A DNA stretch of 64,000 nt from NCBI GenBank assembly GCA_965214705.1, contig CBDCCI010000002.1, positions 1,888,001 through 1,952,000 on the forward strand. The letters run 5' to 3'. The notes under the pieces were generated by a model. That model had not been told where the DNA came from. It did not search any database and saw only the letters and a list, made by a program, of their open reading frames with translations. A program made the translations under genes and the position numbers. The DNA comes from Alphaproteobacteria bacterium. GTDB taxonomy: Bacteria; Pseudomonadota; Alphaproteobacteria; UBA828. How positions within the stretch are numbered: the first letter of the stretch is position 1; each line of letters opens with the position of its first letter. Positions 19,341-29,516 of the stretch are shown here, in pieces.

Positions 19341-19441
19341 ACCGCCCCGCCGTGGCGTCCCGCCGGATTTCGGGCTAGGGTCCGCCCGCCTGGCGGCGAG
19401 AGCCGCCGGCAGGGAGAGCTATCTGACACGGCGGGAGAGCC

Positions 19442-21505
19442 ATGCGATTTGCGGTCGATACCGGGGGAACCTTCACCGACCTTGTCGTCGAATCCGACGA
19501 CGGGGGCCTGCGCATGTACAAGGCGCCGACCACGCCGTCGGACCCGGTCGCCGGCGTGCTGGAGACGCTCTCCCACGCCGCCGAGGATCTGGGCGAGAGC
19601 CGCGAGGCCCTGCTCGGCCGCGGCGAGATGCTGATCCACGGCACCACGCACGCGATCAACGCCATCGTCACCGGCAACACCGCGCGCACGGCCTTTCTCA
19701 CCACCGAGGGCCACCCGGACGTTTTGGTGTTCCGCGAGGGCGGGCGCATCGAGCCCTTCAACTTCACCGTGCCCTACCCCGAGCCCTACGTGCCGCGCTC
19801 GCTCACTTACGAGGTGCCCGAGCGCGTGGCCTACGACGGCACCGTCACCGAGCCGCTGGACGAGGCGGGCGTCGTCGCGATCATCGAAGAGCTCAAGGGC
19901 CAGGATATCGAGGCGGTCGGCGTCTGCCTGCTCTGGTCCATCGTGAACCCGGCGCACGAGCTTCGCGTCGGCGAGCTATTGGAGCGCCACCTGCCGGGCG
20001 TGCCCTACACCCTCTCGCACGTGCTCAACCCCTCGCTCCGCGAATACCGCCGCGCGTCGTCGACCTGCATCGACGGCTCGCTCAAGCCGCTCATGGGCAG
20101 CTACCTCGGCGGCCTGGAAACGCGCCTGCGGGACGCGGGTTTCGGCGGCCGGGTCCTGGTGGTCACCACCCAGGGCGGCGCCATGGATGCCGCCGACATG
20201 GCGAGCGCGCCGATCCATTCGATCAACTCCGGCCCCGCCATGGCGCCCATCGCGGGCCGCGCCTATGCCCAGGCCGATTCCGGTGTCGATACCGCCATCG
20301 TCGCCGACACCGGCGGCACCACCTTCGACGTGAGCCTGGTGCGTGGCGGGCGCATTCCGTGGACGCGCGAGACCTGGATCGGCCAGCCCTACCGCGGCCA
20401 CATGACCGGCTTCCCGGCGGTGGACGTGAAGAGCATCGGCGCCGGCGGCGGCAGCATCGCCTGGGTCGACGAAGGCGGCCTGCTCCACGTCGGGCCGAAG
20501 AGCGCCGGCGCCGTCCCCGGTCCGGTCTGCTACGGCGCCGGCGGCACCGAGCCCACCGTGACCGACGCCTCGGTGGTCCTCGGCTGGATCGACCCCGCCT
20601 ACTTCCTCGGGGGCACCATGGCGCTGGAGACCGAGGCGGCGGCCGCCGCCATCGAGACCCACGTCGCGAGCAAGCTCGGCCTCTCGCTCCACGAGGCGGC
20701 AGCCGCGATCATGAGCGTCGCCACCGAGAACATGGTGCATGCCATCGAGGACATCACGGTCAACCAGGGCATCGACCCGCGCGAGGCCGCCATCGTCGGC
20801 GGCGGCGGTGCGGCCGGCCTCAACGCCGTCGCCATCGCGCGCCGGCTCGGCTGCGCGCAGGTGATCCTGCCCGAGGTCGCGGCCGCGCTGAGCGCCCACG
20901 GCGCGCTCATCTCCGACCTCAGGGCCGAGTACAGCGGCACGCTCTACACCTCCACCGGCGATTTCGACTTCAACGGCGTCAACGCGCTGCTGGAGGGGCT
21001 GGAGCAGAAGTGCCGGGCCTTCATCGAGGGGCCGGGCGCGGGCTCGCTGGAACAGGTCGTGGAGTTCACCGCCGAGGCGCGCTACCCCAGCCAGATCTGG
21101 GAGATCGAGGTGCCGCTGCGCGCGGACCGGATCGAGGACGAGCCCGCGCTCGCGGCCTTCATCGAGGACTTCCACAAGACCCACGAGGCGCTCTTCACCT
21201 TCGCCGACACCGAATCGACCATCGAGACCGTCGGCTGGCGCGCCAACGTGCGCTGCCACCTCAGGGACGGCGTCAACCTGAGCGTGGAGAGCGCCGGCGG
21301 CGGGCCGGAGATCGCGCACAGCCGCTCGGTCTATTTCCCGGACACCGGCTTCGTCGAGGCGCGCGTCGTGCACTTCGACGGCATGGGACCGGGCGAGACC
21401 GTGGAGGGGCCCGCGATCATCGAATCGTCCTTCACCACCGTTGTGATCGACCCCGGGGCCAAGGCCGAGCGCCGGCCCTCGGGCAGTCTCCTGATAACGC
21501 CCTGA
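19442..21505 (+). CDS. Hydantoinase/oxoprolinase subunit A
   Basis: DTGGTFTD, HGTT, SGPA, DTGGTTFDV, GAGGGSIA, GPVCYG. Confidence 0.92.
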   Translation: MRFAVDTGGTFTDLVVESDDGGLRMYKAPTTPSDPVAGVLETLSHAAEDLGESREALLGRGEMLIHGTTHAINAIVTGNTARTAFLTTEGHPDVLVFREGGRIEPFNFTVPYPEPYVPRSLTYEVPERVAYDGTVTEPLDEAGVVAIIEELKGQDIEAVGVCLLWSIVNPAHELRVGELLERHLPGVPYTLSHVLNPSLREYRRASSTCIDGSLKPLMGSYLGGLETRLRDAGFGGRVLVVTTQGGAMDAADMASAPIHSINSGPAMAPIAGRAYAQADSGVDTAIVADTGGTTFDVSLVRGGRIPWTRETWIGQPYRGHMTGFPAVDVKSIGAGGGSIAWVDEGGLLHVGPKSAGAVPGPVCYGAGGTEPTVTDASVVLGWIDPAYFLGGTMALETEAAAAAIETHVASKLGLSLHEAAAAIMSVATENMVHAIEDITVNQGIDPREAAIVGGGGAAGLNAVAIARRLGCAQVILPEVAAALSAHGALISDLRAEYSGTLYTSTGDFDFNGVNALLEGLEQKCRAFIEGPGAGSLEQVVEFTAEARYPSQIWEIEVPLRADRIEDEPALAAFIEDFHKTHEALFTFADTESTIETVGWRANVRCHLRDGVNLSVESAGGGPEIAHSRSVYFPDTGFVEARVVHFDGMGPGETVEGPAIIESSFTTVVIDPGAKAERRPSGSLLITP

Positions 21506-21521
21506 CCCAAGGAGCCGGGCG

Positions 21522-23300
21522 ATGGCAAGGAACACACTGACACTCAACGCGGACGGCACGCTCGACGGCGTGCAGATGGCGATCATCAACAAGCGGATGG
21601 AGGCCATCTGCGCCAAGATGGCCAACACGCTGCTGCGCACCGGGCGCTCCGGCGTGCTCAACAGCGCGCGCGATTTCTCTTGCTGCATCGTCACCGCCGA
21701 GAACCGGCTGCTCACGGTCAACGAGAGCCTGCCGATTCACGTGCTGCGCGGCGCCGACATGATGTGCGAGTCGATGCAGGAGTTTCACCCCGTCCTCAAG
21801 CGGGGCGACGCCTTCCTCCACAACTCGCCTTACCACGGCTGCTCGCATCCGGCCGACCACACCATCCTCGCGCCAGTGGTGGACGACGACGGCGTGCACC
21901 GCTTCACCATGGTCGCCAAGGCGCACCAGGCGGACTGCGGCAACTCCATCGCCACCACCTATCACGGCAGCGCGCGCGACGTGTACGAGGAAGGCGCGCT
22001 GATCTTCCCAGCGGTCCAGATCCAGCGCGACTACGAGGACATCGAGGACATCGTGCGCATGTGCCGGCTGCGCATCCGCGTGCCGGAGCAATGGTGGGGC
22101 GACTATCTCGCGGAGCTCGGCGCGGCACGGATCGGCGAGCGCGAGATCATGGCCTTCGGCAGCGAGATCGGCTGGGACACCCTGGCCCAGTTCGCCGACC
22201 AGTGGTTCGACTACAGCGAGCAGCTGATGATCGCGGCCGTCCGCAAGATGCCGGGCGGCCGGGCCGTGACCACCTCGATGCACGACCCCTTCCCCAACGC
22301 CGAAGGCGGAATCCCGGTCAAGATCGTGGTCGACGTCGACCCCGACGAGGCGACGGTCGACATCGACCTCCGCGACAACCCGGACGCGATGCCCTGCGGC
22401 CTCAACCTCTCGCAGGCCTGCTGCGAGAGCACGCTGCTGCTCGGCGTCTTCAACAGCATCCCCGATTCTGTGCCGACCAACACCGGCTCCTTCCGCCGCG
22501 TGCGCATGCACCTCAAGGAGAACACCGTCTGCGGCATTCCGAAGCACCCGACCAGCTGCTCGGTGGCGACCACCAACCTCGCCGACCGCGTCGGCAACGC
22601 CGTGAGCCGGGCGATCGCGGACCTGGGCGACGGCTACGGCATGGCCAGCACCGGCTCGATCATCCCCCCCTCCCTCGGCGTCATCTCCGGCACGAGCGAG
22701 AAGACCAAGGGCGCCTACGTCAACCAGATCTTCCTGGGCTGGGGCGGCGGCGCGGCCAGCGCCCAGGCCGACGCCTGGATCTCGATCGGCCACCTCGGCA
22801 ACGCCGGCATGTCCTACCAGGATTCCATCGAGCTCGACGAGATGCGCTTCCCGCTCACCGTGCGTGGCCGACACTTCCTCACCGATTCCGGTGGCCATGG
22901 CCGCACGCGGGGCGGCGCCGGGGTCTACTGCGAGTTCGGGCCGACCGAGGGCGACCTCGAGGTCGGCTACGTCAGCGACGGCAACATCACCGCGCCCGAG
23001 GGTGCGCGCGGCGGCACCGCCGGCGGCCGCGCCAACCAGTTCCGGCGCGATGCCAACGGCGATCTGCACCAGCTCGACCCCTGCGCCCAGGCCATCATCC
23101 CCGAGGGCCACACCATCGTCTCCTACTCCTGCGGCGGTGGCGGCTACGGCGCGCCGACCGAGCGCCCGGCAGAGCAGGTGGCGGTCGACGTGCGCGAGCG
23201 CTGGGTCTCACCCGACGCCGCTCGCGAGACCTACCGCGTGGCCCTCGACGACGCCGGCGGGCTGGACTCGGCCGCGACGGAGCAGCTGCGCAACGGCTAG
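21522..23300 (+). CDS. Hydantoinase/oxoprolinase subunit B
   Basis: DFSC, NSPYHGCSHPAD, DSGGHGRTRGG, GGGGYG. Confidence 0.92.
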   Translation: MARNTLTLNADGTLDGVQMAIINKRMEAICAKMANTLLRTGRSGVLNSARDFSCCIVTAENRLLTVNESLPIHVLRGADMMCESMQEFHPVLKRGDAFLHNSPYHGCSHPADHTILAPVVDDDGVHRFTMVAKAHQADCGNSIATTYHGSARDVYEEGALIFPAVQIQRDYEDIEDIVRMCRLRIRVPEQWWGDYLAELGAARIGEREIMAFGSEIGWDTLAQFADQWFDYSEQLMIAAVRKMPGGRAVTTSMHDPFPNAEGGIPVKIVVDVDPDEATVDIDLRDNPDAMPCGLNLSQACCESTLLLGVFNSIPDSVPTNTGSFRRVRMHLKENTVCGIPKHPTSCSVATTNLADRVGNAVSRAIADLGDGYGMASTGSIIPPSLGVISGTSEKTKGAYVNQIFLGWGGGAASAQADAWISIGHLGNAGMSYQDSIELDEMRFPLTVRGRHFLTDSGGHGRTRGGAGVYCEFGPTEGDLEVGYVSDGNITAPEGARGGTAGGRANQFRRDANGDLHQLDPCAQAIIPEGHTIVSYSCGGGGYGAPTERPAEQVAVDVRERWVSPDAARETYRVALDDAGGLDSAATEQLRNG

Positions 23301-23344
23301 CCTGGATTTCTGGGCTCCGTCAGAGCGTTTGGGGAGTCGGGCAG

Positions 23345-24460
23345 TCAGGCCTCATACAGGTTTCTGGCGACGACATCTTCGTTCCAGTCCAGGCCCACCC
23401 CAGGCACATCCGGGATGTGCAAATGGCTATCCTTGATCTCATAGGGCGTTTGCAGGATCGGATCGGCCCAGTCCTGCCACTCCAGCCAATGGGCGGTTTC
23501 GGTCGCCCGCATCACGTGGGCGCCGACTTCGGGATAGAGGTGCGTTGACATCGGAACGCCGGCCGCGCCGGCAATGGCTGCCGCGCGCATCCATCCGGTG
23601 ACCCCGCCGATACGCATGAAGTCCGGCATCACGTAGTCGCAGGCCCCGGACCGCAACGCCTTGTGCAGATCGCGCGGCCCGTAGAAATTCTCGCCGATCT
23701 GCAGGGGCGTCTTGAGCTCCCGTGCGAGCTGCGCGTATCCGTCGAAATTGTCGTAGACGACCGGCTCTTCCAGCCACGTCAATCCGAGATCGTCGAGCAT
23801 ATGGCACCGGCGTAGTGCCTCCGCCATGTCCAGACCCTGGTTGAAATCGATCATCAAGTGCATGTCTTCGCCGACCGTCCGGCGAACCGCATCGATCGTG
23901 GCGAGGTCGTCCTTGGGATCGTCCCGGCCGAGACGCAGTTTCACGCCTTCGAACTGTCCTTCGTCGCGGATCTCGACGGCCTCGGCGGCGACTTCGGACG
24001 GAGACTGGAGCCAGAGCCCATTGCTGTTGTAGGCGCGCACCGGACCCGGCGAGGCGCCGAGCAATGTGCAGAGCGGCATGCCGGCGGCTCTGGCCAGGGT
24101 GTCCCAGGCTGCCATGTCGATGCCGGAAACGGCGATCATTGACATGCCCTCGTAACCCACAAAGTGCAGCGACTTTTGTGCGGTTTCGTAGATTTCGGAC
24201 GGCGCCAGCCTTTGGCCTTTGAGCATCGCCCCCATGTCGCGCAAGGCCGGCACGAGATAGTTCATCGACTTGACGATGTAGGGCTCCAGATAGCTGCGCC
24301 CGACGACCCCTTCCTCGGTCTTCAGATCGATCAGGATGAGCGGCCAGTCCGTAATGGTCGCGATCTTGGCGACAACAGGCCGCCTCAGCTTGAGAACAAC
24401 AGCGCGCACGTCGACGCTGTGGAAGGTCAGTGTTTCGGGCGTCATCGATCGGGGCTCCAT
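23345..24460 (-). CDS. Mandelate racemase-like enolase superfamily enzyme
   Basis: GIDMAAWD, IDFNQ, WLEEP, IGEN, IGGVTGW, STHL; KLR in place of KxK. Confidence 0.88.
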   Translation of the reverse strand: MEPRSMTPETLTFHSVDVRAVVLKLRRPVVAKIATITDWPLILIDLKTEEGVVGRSYLEPYIVKSMNYLVPALRDMGAMLKGQRLAPSEIYETAQKSLHFVGYEGMSMIAVSGIDMAAWDTLARAAGMPLCTLLGASPGPVRAYNSNGLWLQSPSEVAAEAVEIRDEGQFEGVKLRLGRDDPKDDLATIDAVRRTVGEDMHLMIDFNQGLDMAEALRRCHMLDDLGLTWLEEPVVYDNFDGYAQLARELKTPLQIGENFYGPRDLHKALRSGACDYVMPDFMRIGGVTGWMRAAAIAGAAGVPMSTHLYPEVGAHVMRATETAHWLEWQDWADPILQTPYEIKDSHLHIPDVPGVGLDWNEDVVARNLYEA

Positions 24461-24623
24461 CGGCGTTGGGGGGCTCTCAGCGCATGAACGCGCAATTGGT
24501 TTGCGGCATTGCCGGCCGGCGCCTCAGCCAGACCAGAGTATCCCAGTTCCACGACATGTTGGGCGCCTTCCCGGTGACGCATCCGCTCGCTAAGTTGAGA
24601 GCGGCAACTTGGGAGGAGTGCTC

Positions 24624-26393
24624 ATGGCCCGGAAAACGCTTCGCAGCCGAAGCTGGTTCGACGATCCACTCGATCCCGGCATGACCGCACTCTATATCGA
24701 GCGGTACATGAACTTCGGCCTGACCCGCGAAGAGCTGCAGTCCGGCAAGCCCATCGTCGGGATCGCGCAGACAGGGTCAGACCTCTCGCCCTGCAACCGC
24801 ATCCACCAGAGCCTGGCAGACCGAATGCGGGCCGGCATCCGCGAGGCGGGCGGCATCCCGCTCGAATTTCCGGTTCACCCGATCCAGGAAAGCGGCCGAC
24901 GGCCAACGGCCGCTATCGACCGCAATCTCGCCTACCTGGGCCTGGTGGAGATCCTGCACGGCTATCCGATCGACGGCGTCATCCTGACGACGGGCTGCGA
25001 CAAGACCACGCCGGCGATGATCATGGCGGCAGCGACGGCGAACCTCCCCGCGATCTCGCTCAATGGCGGCCCGATGCTGAACGGCTGGTGGGAGGGCCGC
25101 CGAGCCGGTTCGGGCACCATCCTCTGGGAAGCCCGCCGGCTGCTCGCCGCCGGGAACATCACCGACGAGGAGTTCATCGAGATGGTGGCCTCGTCGGCGC
25201 CGAGTCCGGGCCACTGCAACACCATGGGAACAGCGTCCACCATGAACTCGCTCGCCGAAGCACTCGGCATGTCGCTGCCGGGTTCGGCCACGCCGCCCGC
25301 ACCGAACAAGGAGCGCGCCCAGTTCGCCTATGCGACCGGCCGAAGAATCGTCTCGATGATCCACGAGGATCTCACGCCGGCGAAAGTCCTGACCCGCGCC
25401 GCCTTCGAGAACGCCATTGCGGTCAACAGCGCGATCGGCGGTTCCACCAACGCGCCCATCCATATCAATGCGATCGCACGTCACATCGGCGTCGAACTCA
25501 CGCTCGAGGACTGGCAGGCGGTGGGCTACGACGTGCCGCTTCTGGTCAACTGCCAGCCCGCCGGCGACTACCTGGCGGAGGACTATCACCGCGCCGGCGG
25601 CGTGCCTGCCGTGATGGGAGAACTCCTGCGCGCGGGAAAGCTAAACGGCGATGCTTCCACGGTGAACGGCAGGACGGTGGCGGAGAACGTCGCCCGAGCC
25701 GCGCCGTTCGACGAGGATATCATCCGCCCGTTCGACAGGCCGCTGAAGGAACGGGCCGGGTTCGTGGTCATGGGCGGCAACCTTTTCAGCGCTGCGATCA
25801 TGAAGACGAGCGGGATCTCCGACAGCTTTCGCGCCCGTTTTCTCGAGTCCGCCGACGACCCCGACGCGTTCGAGGGGAGAGCCATCGTCTTCGACGGTCC
25901 GGAGGACTATCGAGCCAGAATCGACGACCCGACGCTCGAGATCGACGAGACCAGCATCTTGATAATGCGCGGCACCGGGCCCGTGGGATATCCCGGATCG
26001 GCGGAAGTCGTGAACATGCAGCCGCCGGCGGAACTCATCCGGGCGGGTATCCACGAGCTGCCGACCATCGGCGACGGGCGGCAGTCCGGCACCTCCGGCA
26101 GTCCCTCGATCCTGAACGCCAGCCCCGAAAGCGCCGTCGGCGGCAGCCTCGCAATCCTGGAGACTGGCGATCGGCTCAGGGTCGACCTCCGCCGCCGGCG
26201 GGTCGACATTCTGCAGCCCGAGGAAATCCTGGTGGCCCGCCGCGCCGCCCACACGCCCGCCGAACTCGAACACCACACGCCATGGGAGGAGCTCTATCGC
26301 GCGCACGTCGGGCAGTTGGCCGATGGCGGCTGCCTGGAATTCGCGACCCGCTATCGTTCCGTGTCGGCGAAGCTGCCCCGGCACTCCCATTAG
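24624..26393 (+). CDS. IlvD/Edd family sugar-acid dehydratase (D-xylonate dehydratase-like)
   Basis: LRSRSWFD, GCDKTTP, GHCNTMGTAS, GGSTNA, DGRQSGT, C-terminal PRHSH. Confidence 0.9.
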   Translation: MARKTLRSRSWFDDPLDPGMTALYIERYMNFGLTREELQSGKPIVGIAQTGSDLSPCNRIHQSLADRMRAGIREAGGIPLEFPVHPIQESGRRPTAAIDRNLAYLGLVEILHGYPIDGVILTTGCDKTTPAMIMAAATANLPAISLNGGPMLNGWWEGRRAGSGTILWEARRLLAAGNITDEEFIEMVASSAPSPGHCNTMGTASTMNSLAEALGMSLPGSATPPAPNKERAQFAYATGRRIVSMIHEDLTPAKVLTRAAFENAIAVNSAIGGSTNAPIHINAIARHIGVELTLEDWQAVGYDVPLLVNCQPAGDYLAEDYHRAGGVPAVMGELLRAGKLNGDASTVNGRTVAENVARAAPFDEDIIRPFDRPLKERAGFVVMGGNLFSAAIMKTSGISDSFRARFLESADDPDAFEGRAIVFDGPEDYRARIDDPTLEIDETSILIMRGTGPVGYPGSAEVVNMQPPAELIRAGIHELPTIGDGRQSGTSGSPSILNASPESAVGGSLAILETGDRLRVDLRRRRVDILQPEEILVARRAAHTPAELEHHTPWEELYRAHVGQLADGGCLEFATRYRSVSAKLPRHSH

Positions 26394-26540
26394 ATAGGGC
26401 CGATCCCGCCAGCCGCTAGGCCGGCGCGGCACGCATGCGGCGACCGGTTCCGGCGCCGCGGCCGGTCAGTGCCCCATGGGGGCGATGGTATACTTTCGAA
26501 TCCGGGGTGACGATGCCGGGCTTGCAGCAAAGGGTTGAGG

Positions 26541-28319
26541 ATGCAATCGCTTGATCTCGCCATCATCGGGAACTGCACCTATGCGGGCCTGCTCGACTCG
26601 CGGGCACGCCTGGTCTGGGCGTGCATGCCCCGTTTCGACGGCAACCCGGTATTCTGCGATCTGCTGCAGCCGATCGAGCCCGTTGGCTTCTATGAGGTGG
26701 AGCTGGACGACCTCGCCACCAGCGAACAGCGTTATCTGCCGAATACGGCGATCGTCGAAACGACGCTGCGCAGCAGGTCCGGCGATGCGCTCAAGGTCCA
26801 GGACTTCGCACCGCGCTTCAAGCGGCACGGCCGCCTTGCGCGCCCCCTGACGCTGGTACGCCGGCTGATCCCGCTCTCCGGCAGCCCGCATGTCCGCATA
26901 AGGCTGCGGCCGGCCGGGAACTACGGTGCCGAGCGGCCAACCGTCACACGCGGCAGCAATCACGTGCGTTACGTCCTGCCCGACCACGTCCTGCGCCTCA
27001 CCACCAACGCGCCGGTTTCTTTCGTGCTCGAGGAGACGGCGTTCCTGCTGAATCGCCCATTGGACCTTATTCTCGGCCCTGATGACTCTCTCGAACGGGA
27101 CATCGCGGAGCTTTCCCGGGAGTTCTTCGAAAGGACGGAGGATTATTGGCGGGAATGGGTCCGTTACCTCGCGCTGCCATTCGAATGGCAGAGCTCCGTG
27201 ATCCGGGCGGCCATCACGCTCAAGCTGTGCGAGGTCGAAGAGACCGGCGCCATGGTGGCCGCCATCACCACGTCCATACCCGAGGCAAACGGAACCTCCC
27301 GCACCTGGGATTACCGCTTCTGCTGGCTGCGCGATTCCTATTTCGTCGTTCGCGCATTCAATCGCCTGGGTATCACCCGCACCATGGAAGAGTATCTCAA
27401 CTACATCCTGAACATCGTCGCCGCGAGCCCTGACGGCACGCTCCAGCCGGTGTTCGGCATCAACATGGAGACAGAGCTTACGGAGCGCGAGATCGAATCG
27501 CTCCGGGGCTATCGCGAGCACCAGCCGGTGCGCGCCGGCAATCTCGCCTATGTCCAGACCCAGAATGACGTCTACGGCACCGTCATCCTCGCCTGCGCAC
27601 AGGCGTTTTTCGACGAGCGAATCGATCTGCGGGGAGACGAGAGCCTTTTCCGCGTGCTGGAGCGGGTCGGCGAAGCGGCGTTCCGGCTCTACGACAAGGT
27701 GGACGCGGGGATATGGGAGCTTCGCGGCACCGAGCGCATCCATACGTTTTCTGTCCTCATGTGCTGGGCGGCCTGCGACCGCCTCGCGCTCATCGCCCGT
27801 CGTCTCGGACTCGAGGATCGCACCGAGCTGTGGGACGCGCGCGCCGAAACGATCAGGGAATGCATCGAGCGCGAGGCCTGGAACGAGGAAAAGCGGTGCT
27901 ATGTGAGCGCGTTCGGAGGCAGCGAAATCGACGCGGCTTTACTGCTCATGCACGAGATTTCGTATTGCAGCGCCTGGTATCCGCGTTTCAGTGACACCGT
28001 GGCAGCGGTCGAGCGGGAACTGCGTCGCGGCGATCACGTGTTTCGATATGTCGAAACAGACGATTTCGGGGCGCCAGAGAATGCGTTCAACGTTTGCACC
28101 TTCTGGTACATCGATGCCATCGCGGCCCTTGGCCGGCGGGATGAGGCGCGGCGGCTGTTTGAAAACATGCTCGCCTCATGCAACGCGATGGGCCTCCTGT
28201 CTGAAGACCTCGATCCGAAGACGGGAGAGTTGTGGGGAAACTTCCCTCAGACCTACAGCATGGTCGGGTTGATCACCTCGGCGATCAAGCTCTCCCGGCC
28301 ATGGGAGGACGCGTTCTAA
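26541..28319 (+). CDS. Glycoside hydrolase family 15 (probable trehalase)
   Basis: TTSIPE, WDYRFCWLRD, GIWE, GLLSED, GNFPQTYS; next to otsA and otsB. Confidence 0.9.
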   Translation: MQSLDLAIIGNCTYAGLLDSRARLVWACMPRFDGNPVFCDLLQPIEPVGFYEVELDDLATSEQRYLPNTAIVETTLRSRSGDALKVQDFAPRFKRHGRLARPLTLVRRLIPLSGSPHVRIRLRPAGNYGAERPTVTRGSNHVRYVLPDHVLRLTTNAPVSFVLEETAFLLNRPLDLILGPDDSLERDIAELSREFFERTEDYWREWVRYLALPFEWQSSVIRAAITLKLCEVEETGAMVAAITTSIPEANGTSRTWDYRFCWLRDSYFVVRAFNRLGITRTMEEYLNYILNIVAASPDGTLQPVFGINMETELTEREIESLRGYREHQPVRAGNLAYVQTQNDVYGTVILACAQAFFDERIDLRGDESLFRVLERVGEAAFRLYDKVDAGIWELRGTERIHTFSVLMCWAACDRLALIARRLGLEDRTELWDARAETIRECIEREAWNEEKRCYVSAFGGSEIDAALLLMHEISYCSAWYPRFSDTVAAVERELRRGDHVFRYVETDDFGAPENAFNVCTFWYIDAIAALGRRDEARRLFENMLASCNAMGLLSEDLDPKTGELWGNFPQTYSMVGLITSAIKLSRPWEDAF

Positions 28320-29516
28320 TGGTATGAGTCCGACGCCTGTCCTCGCCGAGTTGCCGTCGTCGGGACAGGTCGAATGATTCCAATCGTGGGGTATCGCGAC
28401 ACCCATGACGAATCGCATTGTCGTCGTTTCCAACCGGGTTGCGCCGGTCAACGAGGGCAAGACTGCTGCGGGCGGTCTGGCCGTGGCGGTGCTTGCGGCG
28501 CTCCGGCGCTCCGGGGGTGTCTGGTTCGGTTGGAGCGGCGAGGTGGTCGCCGTTCCCGACGAGGATGTGACCGTAACCGAGAGCGGACGGCTTGCCCGCG
28601 CCACCGTGGATCTCAGCGAACGCGACTACGAGGAGTATTACAACCGCTTCGCAAACTCCACGCTCTGGCCGCTGTTTCATTACCGCGTCGATCTCGTCAA
28701 CTTCGATCGCGGCAACTACACCGGCTATCGGCGCGTCAACAGGGAGTTCGCCCGCAGGCTGGCCGGCCTGCTGCAGCCCGACGACCTGATCTGGGTTCAC
28801 GATTACCACCTGATTCCGCTCGGCCAGGAACTGCGCCGGCTCGGAATACGGAACCGGTTAGGTCTCTTTCTGCACACACCCCTGCCGCCGCGGGAGCTTC
28901 TGGCGACTCTGCCGGTGCACAGGGAACTCATGCGTTGCTTCTCCTTCTTCGATCTTGTCGGCTTCCAGACGGAGACGGACCGCGCTCACCTTCTCGACTA
29001 TCTGGTTCGCGAGGGGGGAGCCCGGGTAGAGGAGCGAGAGGAAGGCGCAGTCGTTCGCGCGTTCCGGAGGGTCTTCAAGGTCGAGACCCATCCGATCGGC
29101 ATCGACACGCGTTATATCGAGCGCAATGCGGCCAGGGCCGAGAGCAGTCGGGAATTCGAGCGCCTCCGGGTGAGCCTCGCCGGGCGCCGGCTGATCATCG
29201 GCGTGGACCGGCTCGACTATTCGAAGGGACTGGTACAGCGCTTCGATGCGTTTGCACATTTTCTGCGGGCCTATCCCCGCCACCTCAACCGCGTCTCCCT
29301 GATGCAAGTCGCGCCCCCCAGCCGCGGCGGCATCGCCGAGTATTCCGAGATCCGACGCACGCTCGAGACGCTGGCCGGACACGTGAACGGTGAGTTGGCG
29401 GACGTCGACTGGGTGCCGATTCGCTACCTGAACAAGAGCTTCGGCCGGCGAACCCTGTTCGGCTTTCTGCGTCTCGCGCAAGTCGGCCTGGTCACGCCCT
29501 TGCGCGATGGCATGAA

